A stretch of 62,021 nt of DNA from a virus. Taxonomy: Duplodnaviria; Caudoviricetes. This document shows positions 1 to 7,769 of this stretch, piece after piece (the first letter of the stretch is position 1; each line of letters starts with the position of its first letter). Position numbers and translations under genes: made by a program. The notes below the pieces were generated by a model. It ran no database searches. It worked only from the letters and a program-made list of their open reading frames with translations, and had not been told where the DNA came from. The DNA lies in the IMG/VR virus record IMGVR_UViG_3300042306_001197, positions 1-62,021 of that record. One strand, written 5' to 3'.

Positions 1-472
1 CCCCCATTTCTCCTTCAATTTCAGCTTTTGGTGTTAATGCAGCAACTGAGTCAATTACACAAACTGATATTTTACCAGATGCAATCAAAGCTTCAGCAAT
101 TTCTAGTGCTTGCTCACCATTATCAGGCTGTGAGATTATTACTTGATTCATGTCTAATCCTAAATGCTCTGCGTAGTTTCTATCAAATGCATGTTCTGCA
201 TCAATAAATGCAACTCTTTTGTCTGGATTATCTTTCTGTGCTTGTATCATTGTATGAATACACAGTGTAGTTTTACCTGAGCTTTCTGGAGCAAATATCT
301 CTACCATTCTGCCTTTACCCCAACCACCACCGGTGATAATGTCCATTCCCAATGAACCTGTACTTTGCCTTTCTGTTTGGATAACTGTGTCACCTACGAT
401 AACAGCACCTTTTCCAAATCGCTTGTCCATACTAGCAAGTACGTCCAATAACGGGTCTTTTTCTTCTGCCAT
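1..472 (-). CDS. recA: RecA recombinase (5' part; runs off left edge; missing from the ORF track)
   Basis: Manual translation from ATG at 472: [22 protein letters not shown]...[34 protein letters not shown]...[10 protein letters not shown]...[13 protein letters not shown]...[19 protein letters not shown], which are the canonical RecA motifs. Confidence 0.97.
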   Translation of the reverse strand, partial: MAEEKDPLLDVLASMDKRFGKGAVIVGDTVIQTERQSTGSLGMDIITGGGWGKGRMVEIFAPESSGKTTLCIHTMIQAQKDNPDKRVAFIDAEHAFDRNYAEHLGLDMNQVIISQPDNGEQALEIAEALIASGKISVCVIDSVAALTPKAEIEGEMG

Positions 473-493
473 AATTTACTTTTAATTTGTGTA

Positions 494-501
494 CAAAGGT
501 A
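494..501 (-). promoter_or_regulatory. Bacteroidota-type -7 promoter element (TACCTTTG) upstream of recA
   Basis: Matches TAnnTTTG about 20 nt upstream of the recA ATG. No clear -33 TTTG at canonical spacing. Confidence 0.55.
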
Positions 502-529
502 CAAAAAATTTATTAATTAAAAAATATAT

Positions 530-1927
530 TTAAGAAATATTTAACAAAGTTGCTATTTCTTTTTTCAACCAGTTTTGATTAGGCCTAAATGTAAAATTTT
601 CCATAATCCAAACTAAGTAGCCTTTATCTTTAGCTAGTATTGCATTAAGTGTGTGGTCCTTATACTTACCAAAAGTAAGTCTAGTTGTACCAACTCCTGA
701 CACTGTGGCTGCCACTGGCTTTGCTATATTAGGGTTGTACTTTTTCTCAAGATTTGATTTTCTTGGTCTATTTTTTGCCTCTATCGGATAGTTACTTATT
801 AAAAACTCACCATTAAAAAGCCCCCAACCATATCCTTTTATAAACTCAACAGTAAAGTCTTCAACTCTACCGAATCTTTTATAGTTCTCACTAAGATCAA
901 TAACAACAGTCTTTGTCTTACTGTCGTGTATACGAACACCTCTGCCAATCATTTGGTAATAAAGTGCAAATGACATTGTTGACCTTGCTAGTATAATAGT
1001 CTCTAATTCCGGGTAGTCAAAGCCTGTAGTTAGTATACCTACGTTTATAACAACTTTTATATCTCCTTTTTTAAAACCTTCAATTATCTCATCTCTTTCT
1101 TTTTTAGAACTAAGCGAGCTAACATACCTGGATCCTTCTATCTTGTTTGATAGAATCTCGGCTTCTGATATAGACGGAACAAAAACTAGTATTGACTTAG
1201 AGCCTTCATACAAACAGTGTTCCACATTATCAATAACTTGTGATTGTAAATCATTATTTTGATAAAAGCTTTTCATGCTATCTTCTGTGTAATCTGATCC
1301 TGAGGAGTTAACTTTTAAAAATGTATCGTCCTGCTCAACTATACGGTATTCTAGAGGGGTCCAGTGGCTGCCTGATACCATATTATTTATTTGGTGAACA
1401 TAAGCAATATCAGTAAATAGTTTGCCTTTTACTTTTGTCAACATTTTAAGCTCTGCTCCTGACATTGAGCTTGCTAATACAAATGGTGTTGCAGTTAATC
1501 CTAGTGTATTATTTATTCCTAAGTCTTTCAAAAAAGAACGTAGTTGTGAACCTGACTTTACTCCAATATGTGCCTCGTCAATAATAAGCTTTTTGACTTT
1601 TAGTCTTTTTAGCTCATTGACAGCTTTCTTTATAGAACCTATGGTTGCAAACGTAACTTTACTTATTTCTTTTACTCCAGCAGATGCTGAGTATATAGTA
1701 GCTTCACCACCAACATCTATAAACTTTTTATAGTTTTGTTCAAGTAGTTCTTTTGAAGGCTGTAGGATAACCACAGGCTCATTTAATTGCTTTACTATTT
1801 CTGCTATTACAATAGACTTACCAGCACCTGTTGGTAGTACAAGCAGCTCTCTTCTTGACTTCTCTGAGTTAAGCAGTTCCAAACCTTTTGCAACTGAATC
1901 AGTTTGATAATCTCTTAATTTATACAT
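530..1927 (-). CDS. Superfamily-2 (DEAH, RadD/UvsW-like) DNA helicase with short C-terminal 'FGKYK' domain
   Basis: Motifs LRDYQ, LPTGAGKS, IIDEAH, GLTATP, LTTGFDYP, QMIGRGVR, plus a C-terminal LTFGKYKD...YLVWI module. Start moved to ATG 1927 because the longer ORF overlaps the promoter. Confidence 0.93.
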   Translation of the reverse strand: MYKLRDYQTDSVAKGLELLNSEKSRRELLVLPTGAGKSIVIAEIVKQLNEPVVILQPSKELLEQNYKKFIDVGGEATIYSASAGVKEISKVTFATIGSIKKAVNELKRLKVKKLIIDEAHIGVKSGSQLRSFLKDLGINNTLGLTATPFVLASSMSGAELKMLTKVKGKLFTDIAYVHQINNMVSGSHWTPLEYRIVEQDDTFLKVNSSGSDYTEDSMKSFYQNNDLQSQVIDNVEHCLYEGSKSILVFVPSISEAEILSNKIEGSRYVSSLSSKKERDEIIEGFKKGDIKVVINVGILTTGFDYPELETIILARSTMSFALYYQMIGRGVRIHDSKTKTVVIDLSENYKRFGRVEDFTVEFIKGYGWGLFNGEFLISNYPIEAKNRPRKSNLEKKYNPNIAKPVAATVSGVGTTRLTFGKYKDHTLNAILAKDKGYLVWIMENFTFRPNQNWLKKEIATLLNIS

Positions 1928-1942
1928 ACTTAAATATTTTTG

Positions 1943-1973
1943 CAAAGATACAACAATTATACTAAACTGCAAA
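1943..1973 (-). promoter_or_regulatory. Bacteroidota primary-sigma promoter for the helicase
   Basis: Minus strand reads TTTG-N19-TATCTTTG, ending about 15 nt before the ATG at 1927. Confidence 0.8.
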
Positions 1974-2004
1974 ATTTTTGTGTAAATATTTTACAATTAT
2001 TTTT

Positions 2005-2365
2005 AGTACCGTCTTTCTAAGGCTGTTCCTTAGAAGACCGCCTTTTTAATGTGCAATGTTTTTGTAGGAAAACACCCCCTTACCCCCTCTTTAATAACTA
2101 AAGAAAGAAGTAAGAAGTGCCAGCAGCGGAAAAACACCGAATCCAAAGACCTGCTGTAGATTTTTTGTTTGTACACTGAAAGACACTTTGTCTTATTCGA
2201 CAGCATTATTTATTTATCTGCCTACCTTCGTGAATGGGCTGAAATCTTAAACAGCCCTCCTCTGGCGGTCTTCATTACATAAAGTAATGCCCTCTTCCAT
2301 TTAGCATAGGTTATTAAAAACCGCAACGTGAATCTTTTCAGATAGCCGCACGTCATAAATTATAT
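2005..2365 (-). ncRNA. Candidate structured non-coding RNA or long leader (family not recognised)
   Basis: No long ORF, more GC-rich than flanks, at least six local stems and a perfect 10-bp long-range pair (2033-2042 with 2264-2273), downstream of two minus-strand promoter elements. Confidence 0.45.
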
Positions 2366-2371
2366 TTTTTG

Positions 2372-2455
2372 CAAAGGTACAAAACCTTTTTCAAATAAAA
2401 AAATAAAATTGTAAATATTTTTGCAAAGGTACAAACTCTTTTTTTATTTTCCAAA
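2372..2455 (-). promoter_or_regulatory. Tandem leftward Bacteroidota promoter elements
   Basis: TACCTTTG -7 boxes at 2372-2379 and 2424-2431. The second has TTTG (2452-2455) at 20-nt spacing. Confidence 0.7.
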
Positions 2456-2471
2456 TTTGTTAACTATTCTT

Positions 2472-2511
2472 TTAACTTATTTGGATATTATAAATCTTTT
2501 TTGTAATTTTG
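2472..2511 (+). promoter_or_regulatory. Rightward promoter, late-type
   Basis: TTAACTTA-TTTG(2480)-N20-TAATTTTG(2504-2511). Confidence 0.75.
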
Positions 2512-2528
2512 CATAAAAACCAAATAAT

Positions 2529-2813
2529 ATGTCAACAAAAGATTTTACCTATTCAGAATTTCAAGAACTTACCTATGAGGAGTTCTACGATTTGTTGTGG
2601 GAAGATGTATCAGAAAAGATAGTTTCTACAGCGTACCTTGATGAGAACGAGGATTTTATAAGCAACCTTACATTTGATTTATTTAGATTGTATCAAATGA
2701 ACCCAGTATTAACAATAAGAGTTATGTCAAGAATGACAGAATCTTTTTTCTTTAATACTTTTAGGTTTCAACCAATGACTAGTAACATTATTGAGATACA
2801 AGACAACTACTAG
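2529..2813 (+). CDS. Hypothetical acidic protein
   Basis: 94-aa ORF directly after a promoter, with an A-rich leader. Confidence 0.7.
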   Translation: MSTKDFTYSEFQELTYEEFYDLLWEDVSEKIVSTAYLDENEDFISNLTFDLFRLYQMNPVLTIRVMSRMTESFFFNTFRFQPMTSNIIEIQDNY

Positions 2814-2832
2814 TTAAATAATTGTTAAATAA

Positions 2833-2864
2833 TTTGGAATTCTCAAAATAGCTTTGTACCTTTG
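2833..2864 (+). promoter_or_regulatory. Rightward Bacteroidota promoter
   Basis: TTTG-N20-TACCTTTG. Confidence 0.75.
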
Positions 2865-2881
2865 TACAAAAATAATAGCAA

Positions 2882-3241
2882 GTGAGTTTTCCAACATTAA
2901 AAAGTAAGTACAAAAACGAAATAGATCTTATTGATAAGATTCTACGTGTCTACTCAATATCGCAGGATGTTCCCTTAAGAAACTTTGAAAGACTAATACT
3001 AATATACTATATTAGAAACGGGTATAGCAAAGAGACCAAGGAGTTCATAAAAGAAGATACTGGGAAAAAAGATGGTGATATTAGAGTGGCAGATGTGCAT
3101 CTTAGAGATAAAGGATACCTAATGTCAAGTGAGAAAAATCTAAGAATGAGCAAGTTATCTCCAGATATGGAGAGTATTCGTGAAAGTTTTATAAAAAACA
3201 AAAAGCAGGTTTATGTCTTGGCCTTTCAAAAAAAGCAGTAA
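2882..3241 (+). CDS. Hypothetical basic protein, possibly winged-helix DNA-binding
   Basis: 119-aa ORF with GTG start after a promoter. The fold is only a guess from helix-helix-LRDKGYL-strand pattern. Confidence 0.55.
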   Translation: MSFPTLKSKYKNEIDLIDKILRVYSISQDVPLRNFERLILIYYIRNGYSKETKEFIKEDTGKKDGDIRVADVHLRDKGYLMSSEKNLRMSKLSPDMESIRESFIKNKKQVYVLAFQKKQ

Positions 3242-3677
3242 GCAAGTATATTTTACAGAAGATATAGTAGAGGAGCTTTCTGCAATAACAGGAAAAGATA
3301 AAGACCTAATAGCAGATATAATAAAGCACAACATAGTTTATCTAAAAAGATCTATACAATCAGAGGAAGAGTTGGTATTAGTAAATTTTCCAAATCTTGG
3401 TAAGATGAGGTTTAATTATTACCTTGGGATGTGCTTAGTTAGTTATTTAGGACGAGCTAAAAAGTATGATTATCTAAGAAAAAAGATAAGGTATTTAAGA
3501 GGCTTGCTTAAGAAAAAAGATGGAGGGGAGTTGAAAAACTTTAATAAGCCGTTGGTTCATAACTCTATAATGTATAGAGAGAAGGATGTACCAAGAAATA
3601 TTTTACCATTTTTTTACAAGTACTGGAAAATTTTAGAAACAACACACAATGAAGAGCATATCAAATATTTTAAATAA
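3213..3677 (+). CDS. HU/IHF-like DNA-binding protein
   Basis: EDIVEELSAITG...IADII...VNFPNLGKM resembles HU helices 1-2 and the 'GFG' strand. Basic C-terminus. Confidence 0.6.
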   Translation: MSWPFKKSSKQVYFTEDIVEELSAITGKDKDLIADIIKHNIVYLKRSIQSEEELVLVNFPNLGKMRFNYYLGMCLVSYLGRAKKYDYLRKKIRYLRGLLKKKDGGELKNFNKPLVHNSIMYREKDVPRNILPFFYKYWKILETTHNEEHIKYFK

Positions 3678-3966
3678 GGCTAGGCTTGCAATAAAAAGCA
3701 GGAGGGAGTACCAAAAAACACTAACAACGCTTCAAAAAAAGAGGTTAAAAATTTGTAAAGGTTGCCCAACTAATTCTGATAATAAATCACAACTAACTTT
3801 CGAAGATAAAGTTAAAATGTTTTTTAACAAGCTACTCAACTTTATAATGATGGTTAGTGTAGATGATGACTCTATTTGTACAAATTGCGGTTGCAATTTA
3901 ATATTTAAGAGTTCTCAAGAAGACCCTGAAAATATGTGCCCCGAAGGCAAATGGAATAATTTATAA
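3649..3966 (+). CDS. Small Cys-rich (Zn-binding) phage protein
   Basis: RLKICKGCP...CTNCGC...CPEGKW pattern. Confidence 0.7.
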   Translation: MKSISNILNKARLAIKSRREYQKTLTTLQKKRLKICKGCPTNSDNKSQLTFEDKVKMFFNKLLNFIMMVSVDDDSICTNCGCNLIFKSSQEDPENMCPEGKWNNL

Positions 3967-3987
3967 ATAAAAATTAATAATAGTAAA

Positions 3988-4308
3988 ATGAGAGTACTAG
4001 GAAGTAGTAGATTAGTAGAAGTAAGTAAAGACACAGAGTTTGATATAAACTTTGGCGAGATTAAAAAAGGATCTGATATTTCAGAAAAAATAATTTTAGA
4101 AGGTGATGATTTAGCACACTTAGCTATATCAAAATCTTGTGGTTGCACAATGCCATCAGTACAAATTCTTGTAAATGGGGTAGAGATTACAATAGCTTAT
4201 GATAGTAATAAGGTTGGAGTAATTAACCAATGGGTAAACGAAAGATACTTAGAAGATGGTGTACAAAAAAATATTAAAATAAACCTTAAAGGAGTAATAA
4301 AAGAGTAG
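3988..4308 (+). CDS. DUF1573-like Ig-fold protein
   Basis: INFGEIKKG...KSCGCT motif typical of DUF1573. Confidence 0.6.
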   Translation: MRVLGSSRLVEVSKDTEFDINFGEIKKGSDISEKIILEGDDLAHLAISKSCGCTMPSVQILVNGVEITIAYDSNKVGVINQWVNERYLEDGVQKNIKINLKGVIKE

Positions 4309-4309
4309 T

Positions 4310-4507
4310 ATGAATTTTAAAAACAACGCAGTAAGAGAGTTACAAGAATTTTCAAAAGAATTCCCAGACTACACTTTAGGAGAATTGTTATACAGTGCTC
4401 TTAGATTAACAGGTGCCAAAAAGATATCAGATATCCTAGAGCTTACGGATGAAGAGATTTTTTCAGCTATTGAAAGAACAAAACAAGAAGAAAAAGAAAT
4501 ATTGTAA
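4310..4507 (+). CDS. Hypothetical protein
   Basis: 65-aa ORF tightly packed in the operon. Confidence 0.7.
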   Translation: MNFKNNAVRELQEFSKEFPDYTLGELLYSALRLTGAKKISDILELTDEEIFSAIERTKQEEKEIL

Positions 4508-4508
4508 T

Positions 4509-4949
4509 ATGGAATTATTAAAAGACAAAGTAGCATCTCTTTACGTTGAATACAGAGAGTTCGAAAAAGTTGTAAAGGCTAAAAACGAAGCTCTTTACAA
4601 AGACAAGGCTAACTTAAAAGAGGTTGTAGAGGGTAAAACGGTAGAGGAATTGCAACAAGTTTTAGTACACACTTACGTGGATACCATACTGTATAATAAA
4701 GATTTACAGATATTATTCTTTAAACTAATAGTAAGTATAGAGACTTTCTTAGAGGTTGTAGGCCAAGGTTTACAAGAAGATATTCAAAACTTCTACTCAG
4801 AGATGAAAAACTGGGCACCTAAAAGAGTCTTCGTAATTGAAAAAGGAGAATTAGTAGAAACAGAGCCAGGCACTTTAGAAGAGGAAAGAGCTAAATTTCT
4901 AGAAAGCGATTTCTTCAAACAAATGCTTGAAAAAACAAAAGATAATTAA
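4509..4949 (+). CDS. Hypothetical helical protein upstream of terminase
   Basis: Likely start ATG 4509 (MELLKDK) just after the previous stop. Its stop overlaps the terL start (TAATG). Confidence 0.7.
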   Translation: MELLKDKVASLYVEYREFEKVVKAKNEALYKDKANLKEVVEGKTVEELQQVLVHTYVDTILYNKDLQILFFKLIVSIETFLEVVGQGLQEDIQNFYSEMKNWAPKRVFVIEKGELVETEPGTLEEERAKFLESDFFKQMLEKTKDN

Positions 4950-7708
4950 TGTCAGACTATGTAGATAGTTTTATAAAGAGCCACAAAGAGTATTTTAGAA
5001 GAAACAGGAAAGTAATTGAAAGCAACTACTGGAATGACAATAAAAAGTATGAGGCTGCAATGAAAAGTTTTTCAGAGCAGATATTATCCATACAACAAAC
5101 TGATGTAGAGAACAAAGAGAAAGAGCTCAAGGAAATTGAGAAGGATATAAGATCTTTTACTGAGTCTACTAAAAAAACTAAAGAGGCCTTATTTAAACAG
5201 GAAAACGAGCTTACCACGTCAATACTTGGTAGGCTTTCTGTGTTTATATCAGAAGCAGACGGAGACAGGGGACTAGAAAAAACACAGTCTTTTATAGACG
5301 AAACTGTTGAGATCATAAACTTACACATCAAAAAGTGTGATGACTACTTGAAGTACAATATGGATGTACTTACTCAAGAGGCTGAGACAGAAGATGAAGT
5401 AGAATATAAGTCTTATGAGGTTGTTTTTCAAGACTTAGTATTTAACGAAAAGATAAAAATACAAGAGAGGTTAGCAAAACTTAAGATAAACAATTCTATT
5501 GAAAGCTCAGATATAAAATTTTTCAATAATAAACAAGCATCTTTGTTGATGCGAGAACCCCTTATGCTGCTCCGAGAGGACGTAAAGGAAATTATTGAGA
5601 GAATACCTGTAGACTGGTCAGTTAGGACCTCTAAGGAGATGTTTATAAACATGAATCCAAGGGATATCCCTAAGTGGAACAATAAGAAACATTTCTTTGC
5701 ACAAGACCCTGTAGTTTTACAGTTTTGGACAGAGGAGATAAATAAGATAAAGCATGGGGTAACAATAAACGGATACTTCATACACCCATGGCTATACTTT
5801 CATCTAAATTTCTTTAGGACACCAATCCCACAAGCAGATGGTAGTGAACCAAATACACAACCAGATTTACGAGATAACGAATGGTTTTTTGCAGAAAATT
5901 TAGTAAGATCTGTAAACCCGGAAAACGAAAATTTTTATGCCAAAGCATTATTAATGTATGGCACAAGACGTTTTGGAAAGTCTGTAATTTTAGCATCACT
6001 AGCTCACTGGAGAACTATAACTAAGTTTAATTCATTCGGTTCAGTTATTGGAGGGAGCTCATCTGATATTAACGCATTGACAAGTAAGATTAAAACATCT
6101 ATGACTTATATTGATAAGCCATTACAGATAGATATCTTAAAGCAGGAGTGGGAAAACGGAGAGACAACCTTTGGTATAAAAGAGGACGCATCAAATCCTA
6201 TTATATTTTCTACGCTAATTGTACAGAACCTAGAGTCAGGTGCGAAGTCTAAAACACAGAAGACTGCGGGTCTAGCACCATCAGTGTCTATCTATGATGA
6301 GATAGGTAAGTACTCCTTTTTAAAACCGTACCTTGCAGCATTACCGTCATTTAAAACACCATTTGGTTTTAAGTGTGTAACTGTATTGGCAGGTACTGGA
6401 GGAGAGGCAGACTTATCAAAAGACGCAGTAGATGTATTGTCTAATCCAGAAGCATACGATCTTTTACCAATGGATTGGGACTTATTAGAGAACCACATTG
6501 ATCCAGACCATATCACTTGGAGAAGAAGAAAGTTTGCCACATATTTTCCTGGACAAATGGCCTACGAAAAGGGCTTTGTTAAACAGAAGCAATCATTCTC
6601 TGATTTTTTAAGAATAGATGATGCAGAAGAGCTAAGTAAGATAACAATTCATACAACAAACTGGGAGAACAACACAAAGCTTTTAAAAGATGCCATAGCA
6701 GAGGCTAAAAGCATTGGCGGCACAAAGGGACAACTACTAGAACAGCAAAGAAGAGTTCAGTACCCAATTGACCCAGAGGATTGCTTTATGTCATCTGAAG
6801 AGAACCCATTTCCGGCAGTAGAGGCAAAAAGACATAAGGATTATTTACTAGAATCAGGCGGAGGTGGTAAAAAAGTTACTATTATTCAAGAGAGTAATGG
6901 TAAGATTACTTATGAAATGACTAACAAAGAGCTTGCGGAATATCCACATCAAGGAGGATTTATTGACGCACCTGTAGTATTGTATGAAGATCTACCAGGA
7001 GAAAAACCAGTGCCGTATTTATATGTTGGTGGATTTGATGATTATAAGCAAGAAGAATCTGGAACAGACTCTATTGGATCATTCCACATATACAAAGTAA
7101 ACATCGGTATGGATAAATGGTGCGGTAGAATTGTAGCATCTGTTGCATCTAGACCAGATCCACATAATAAGCTATACAGACAAATCTTTTTATTAATGCA
7201 GGCTTTTAATGCCAGAGTATTTATGGAGAATGCCGATATGGGGTTCAAAGAATACCTTGACAGAAAAAGATCAACAGATCTTTGGTTAGTAGAATCTATG
7301 GACTTTAAGTCCGATATGACTCAACAATCAAATGGTAGAAGAAGATATGGTTGGAACCCTAGCCCAGAGAATAAGAAATTTTTATTAGGCCTTGCAAAGA
7401 ACTACGCTAAACAAGAGTTTACGATAATTGACGACAATGGGGAAGAAAAGACTATACTTGGTGTACAAATGATTAATGATATAGGACTGCTTGATGAGAT
7501 GATTATGTACAAAAAAGACAATAACGTGGATAGGATAACCTCCTTTATGTCATGTCTTGGATACGAGTTTTACCTATTCAATAACTACATGTTACCAAAC
7601 GCAAGTACTATGAGAAAGCAAAAACCTGAGGAAACTAAAAAGTCACCTGAAAAAAGCTTAGCACAAAGACTTTATGGAGGGTCAGGCAGGGCCAAAAAGT
7701 TTTACTAA
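4949..7708 (+). CDS. terL: Terminase large subunit with long N-terminal helical extension
   Basis: Walker A YGTRRFGKS, Walker B IYDEIGK, GTGG coupling motif, nuclease YVGGFDDY and NVDRITSF. Directly upstream of portal. Confidence 0.93.
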   Translation: MSDYVDSFIKSHKEYFRRNRKVIESNYWNDNKKYEAAMKSFSEQILSIQQTDVENKEKELKEIEKDIRSFTESTKKTKEALFKQENELTTSILGRLSVFISEADGDRGLEKTQSFIDETVEIINLHIKKCDDYLKYNMDVLTQEAETEDEVEYKSYEVVFQDLVFNEKIKIQERLAKLKINNSIESSDIKFFNNKQASLLMREPLMLLREDVKEIIERIPVDWSVRTSKEMFINMNPRDIPKWNNKKHFFAQDPVVLQFWTEEINKIKHGVTINGYFIHPWLYFHLNFFRTPIPQADGSEPNTQPDLRDNEWFFAENLVRSVNPENENFYAKALLMYGTRRFGKSVILASLAHWRTITKFNSFGSVIGGSSSDINALTSKIKTSMTYIDKPLQIDILKQEWENGETTFGIKEDASNPIIFSTLIVQNLESGAKSKTQKTAGLAPSVSIYDEIGKYSFLKPYLAALPSFKTPFGFKCVTVLAGTGGEADLSKDAVDVLSNPEAYDLLPMDWDLLENHIDPDHITWRRRKFATYFPGQMAYEKGFVKQKQSFSDFLRIDDAEELSKITIHTTNWENNTKLLKDAIAEAKSIGGTKGQLLEQQRRVQYPIDPEDCFMSSEENPFPAVEAKRHKDYLLESGGGGKKVTIIQESNGKITYEMTNKELAEYPHQGGFIDAPVVLYEDLPGEKPVPYLYVGGFDDYKQEESGTDSIGSFHIYKVNIGMDKWCGRIVASVASRPDPHNKLYRQIFLLMQAFNARVFMENADMGFKEYLDRKRSTDLWLVESMDFKSDMTQQSNGRRRYGWNPSPENKKFLLGLAKNYAKQEFTIIDDNGEEKTILGVQMINDIGLLDEMIMYKKDNNVDRITSFMSCLGYEFYLFNNYMLPNASTMRKQKPEETKKSPEKSLAQRLYGGSGRAKKFY

Positions 7709-7711
7709 TAT

Positions 7712-7751
7712 TTAACTAATTTTGCACTCTCGAAAAAATTAACTAATTTTG
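7712..7751 (+). promoter_or_regulatory. Late-type promoter for portal
   Basis: TTAACTAAT-TTTG(7721)-N19-TAATTTTG(7744-7751). Confidence 0.8.
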
Positions 7752-7769
7752 CGGTTTTAAATTTATACA

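Noticed and set aside
2222-2356. 44-codon minus-strand ORF (MTCGYLKRFTLRFLITYAKWKRALL...) in the structured intergenic region
   Set aside because: Short, atypical codon use and no recognisable motif. Not called, though a leader peptide cannot be fully excluded.
4949-7708. Intein or intron explaining the long terminase
   Set aside because: The extra length is N-terminal, no intein splice motifs or homing-endonuclease motifs were seen, and the ATPase and nuclease motifs are normally spaced.
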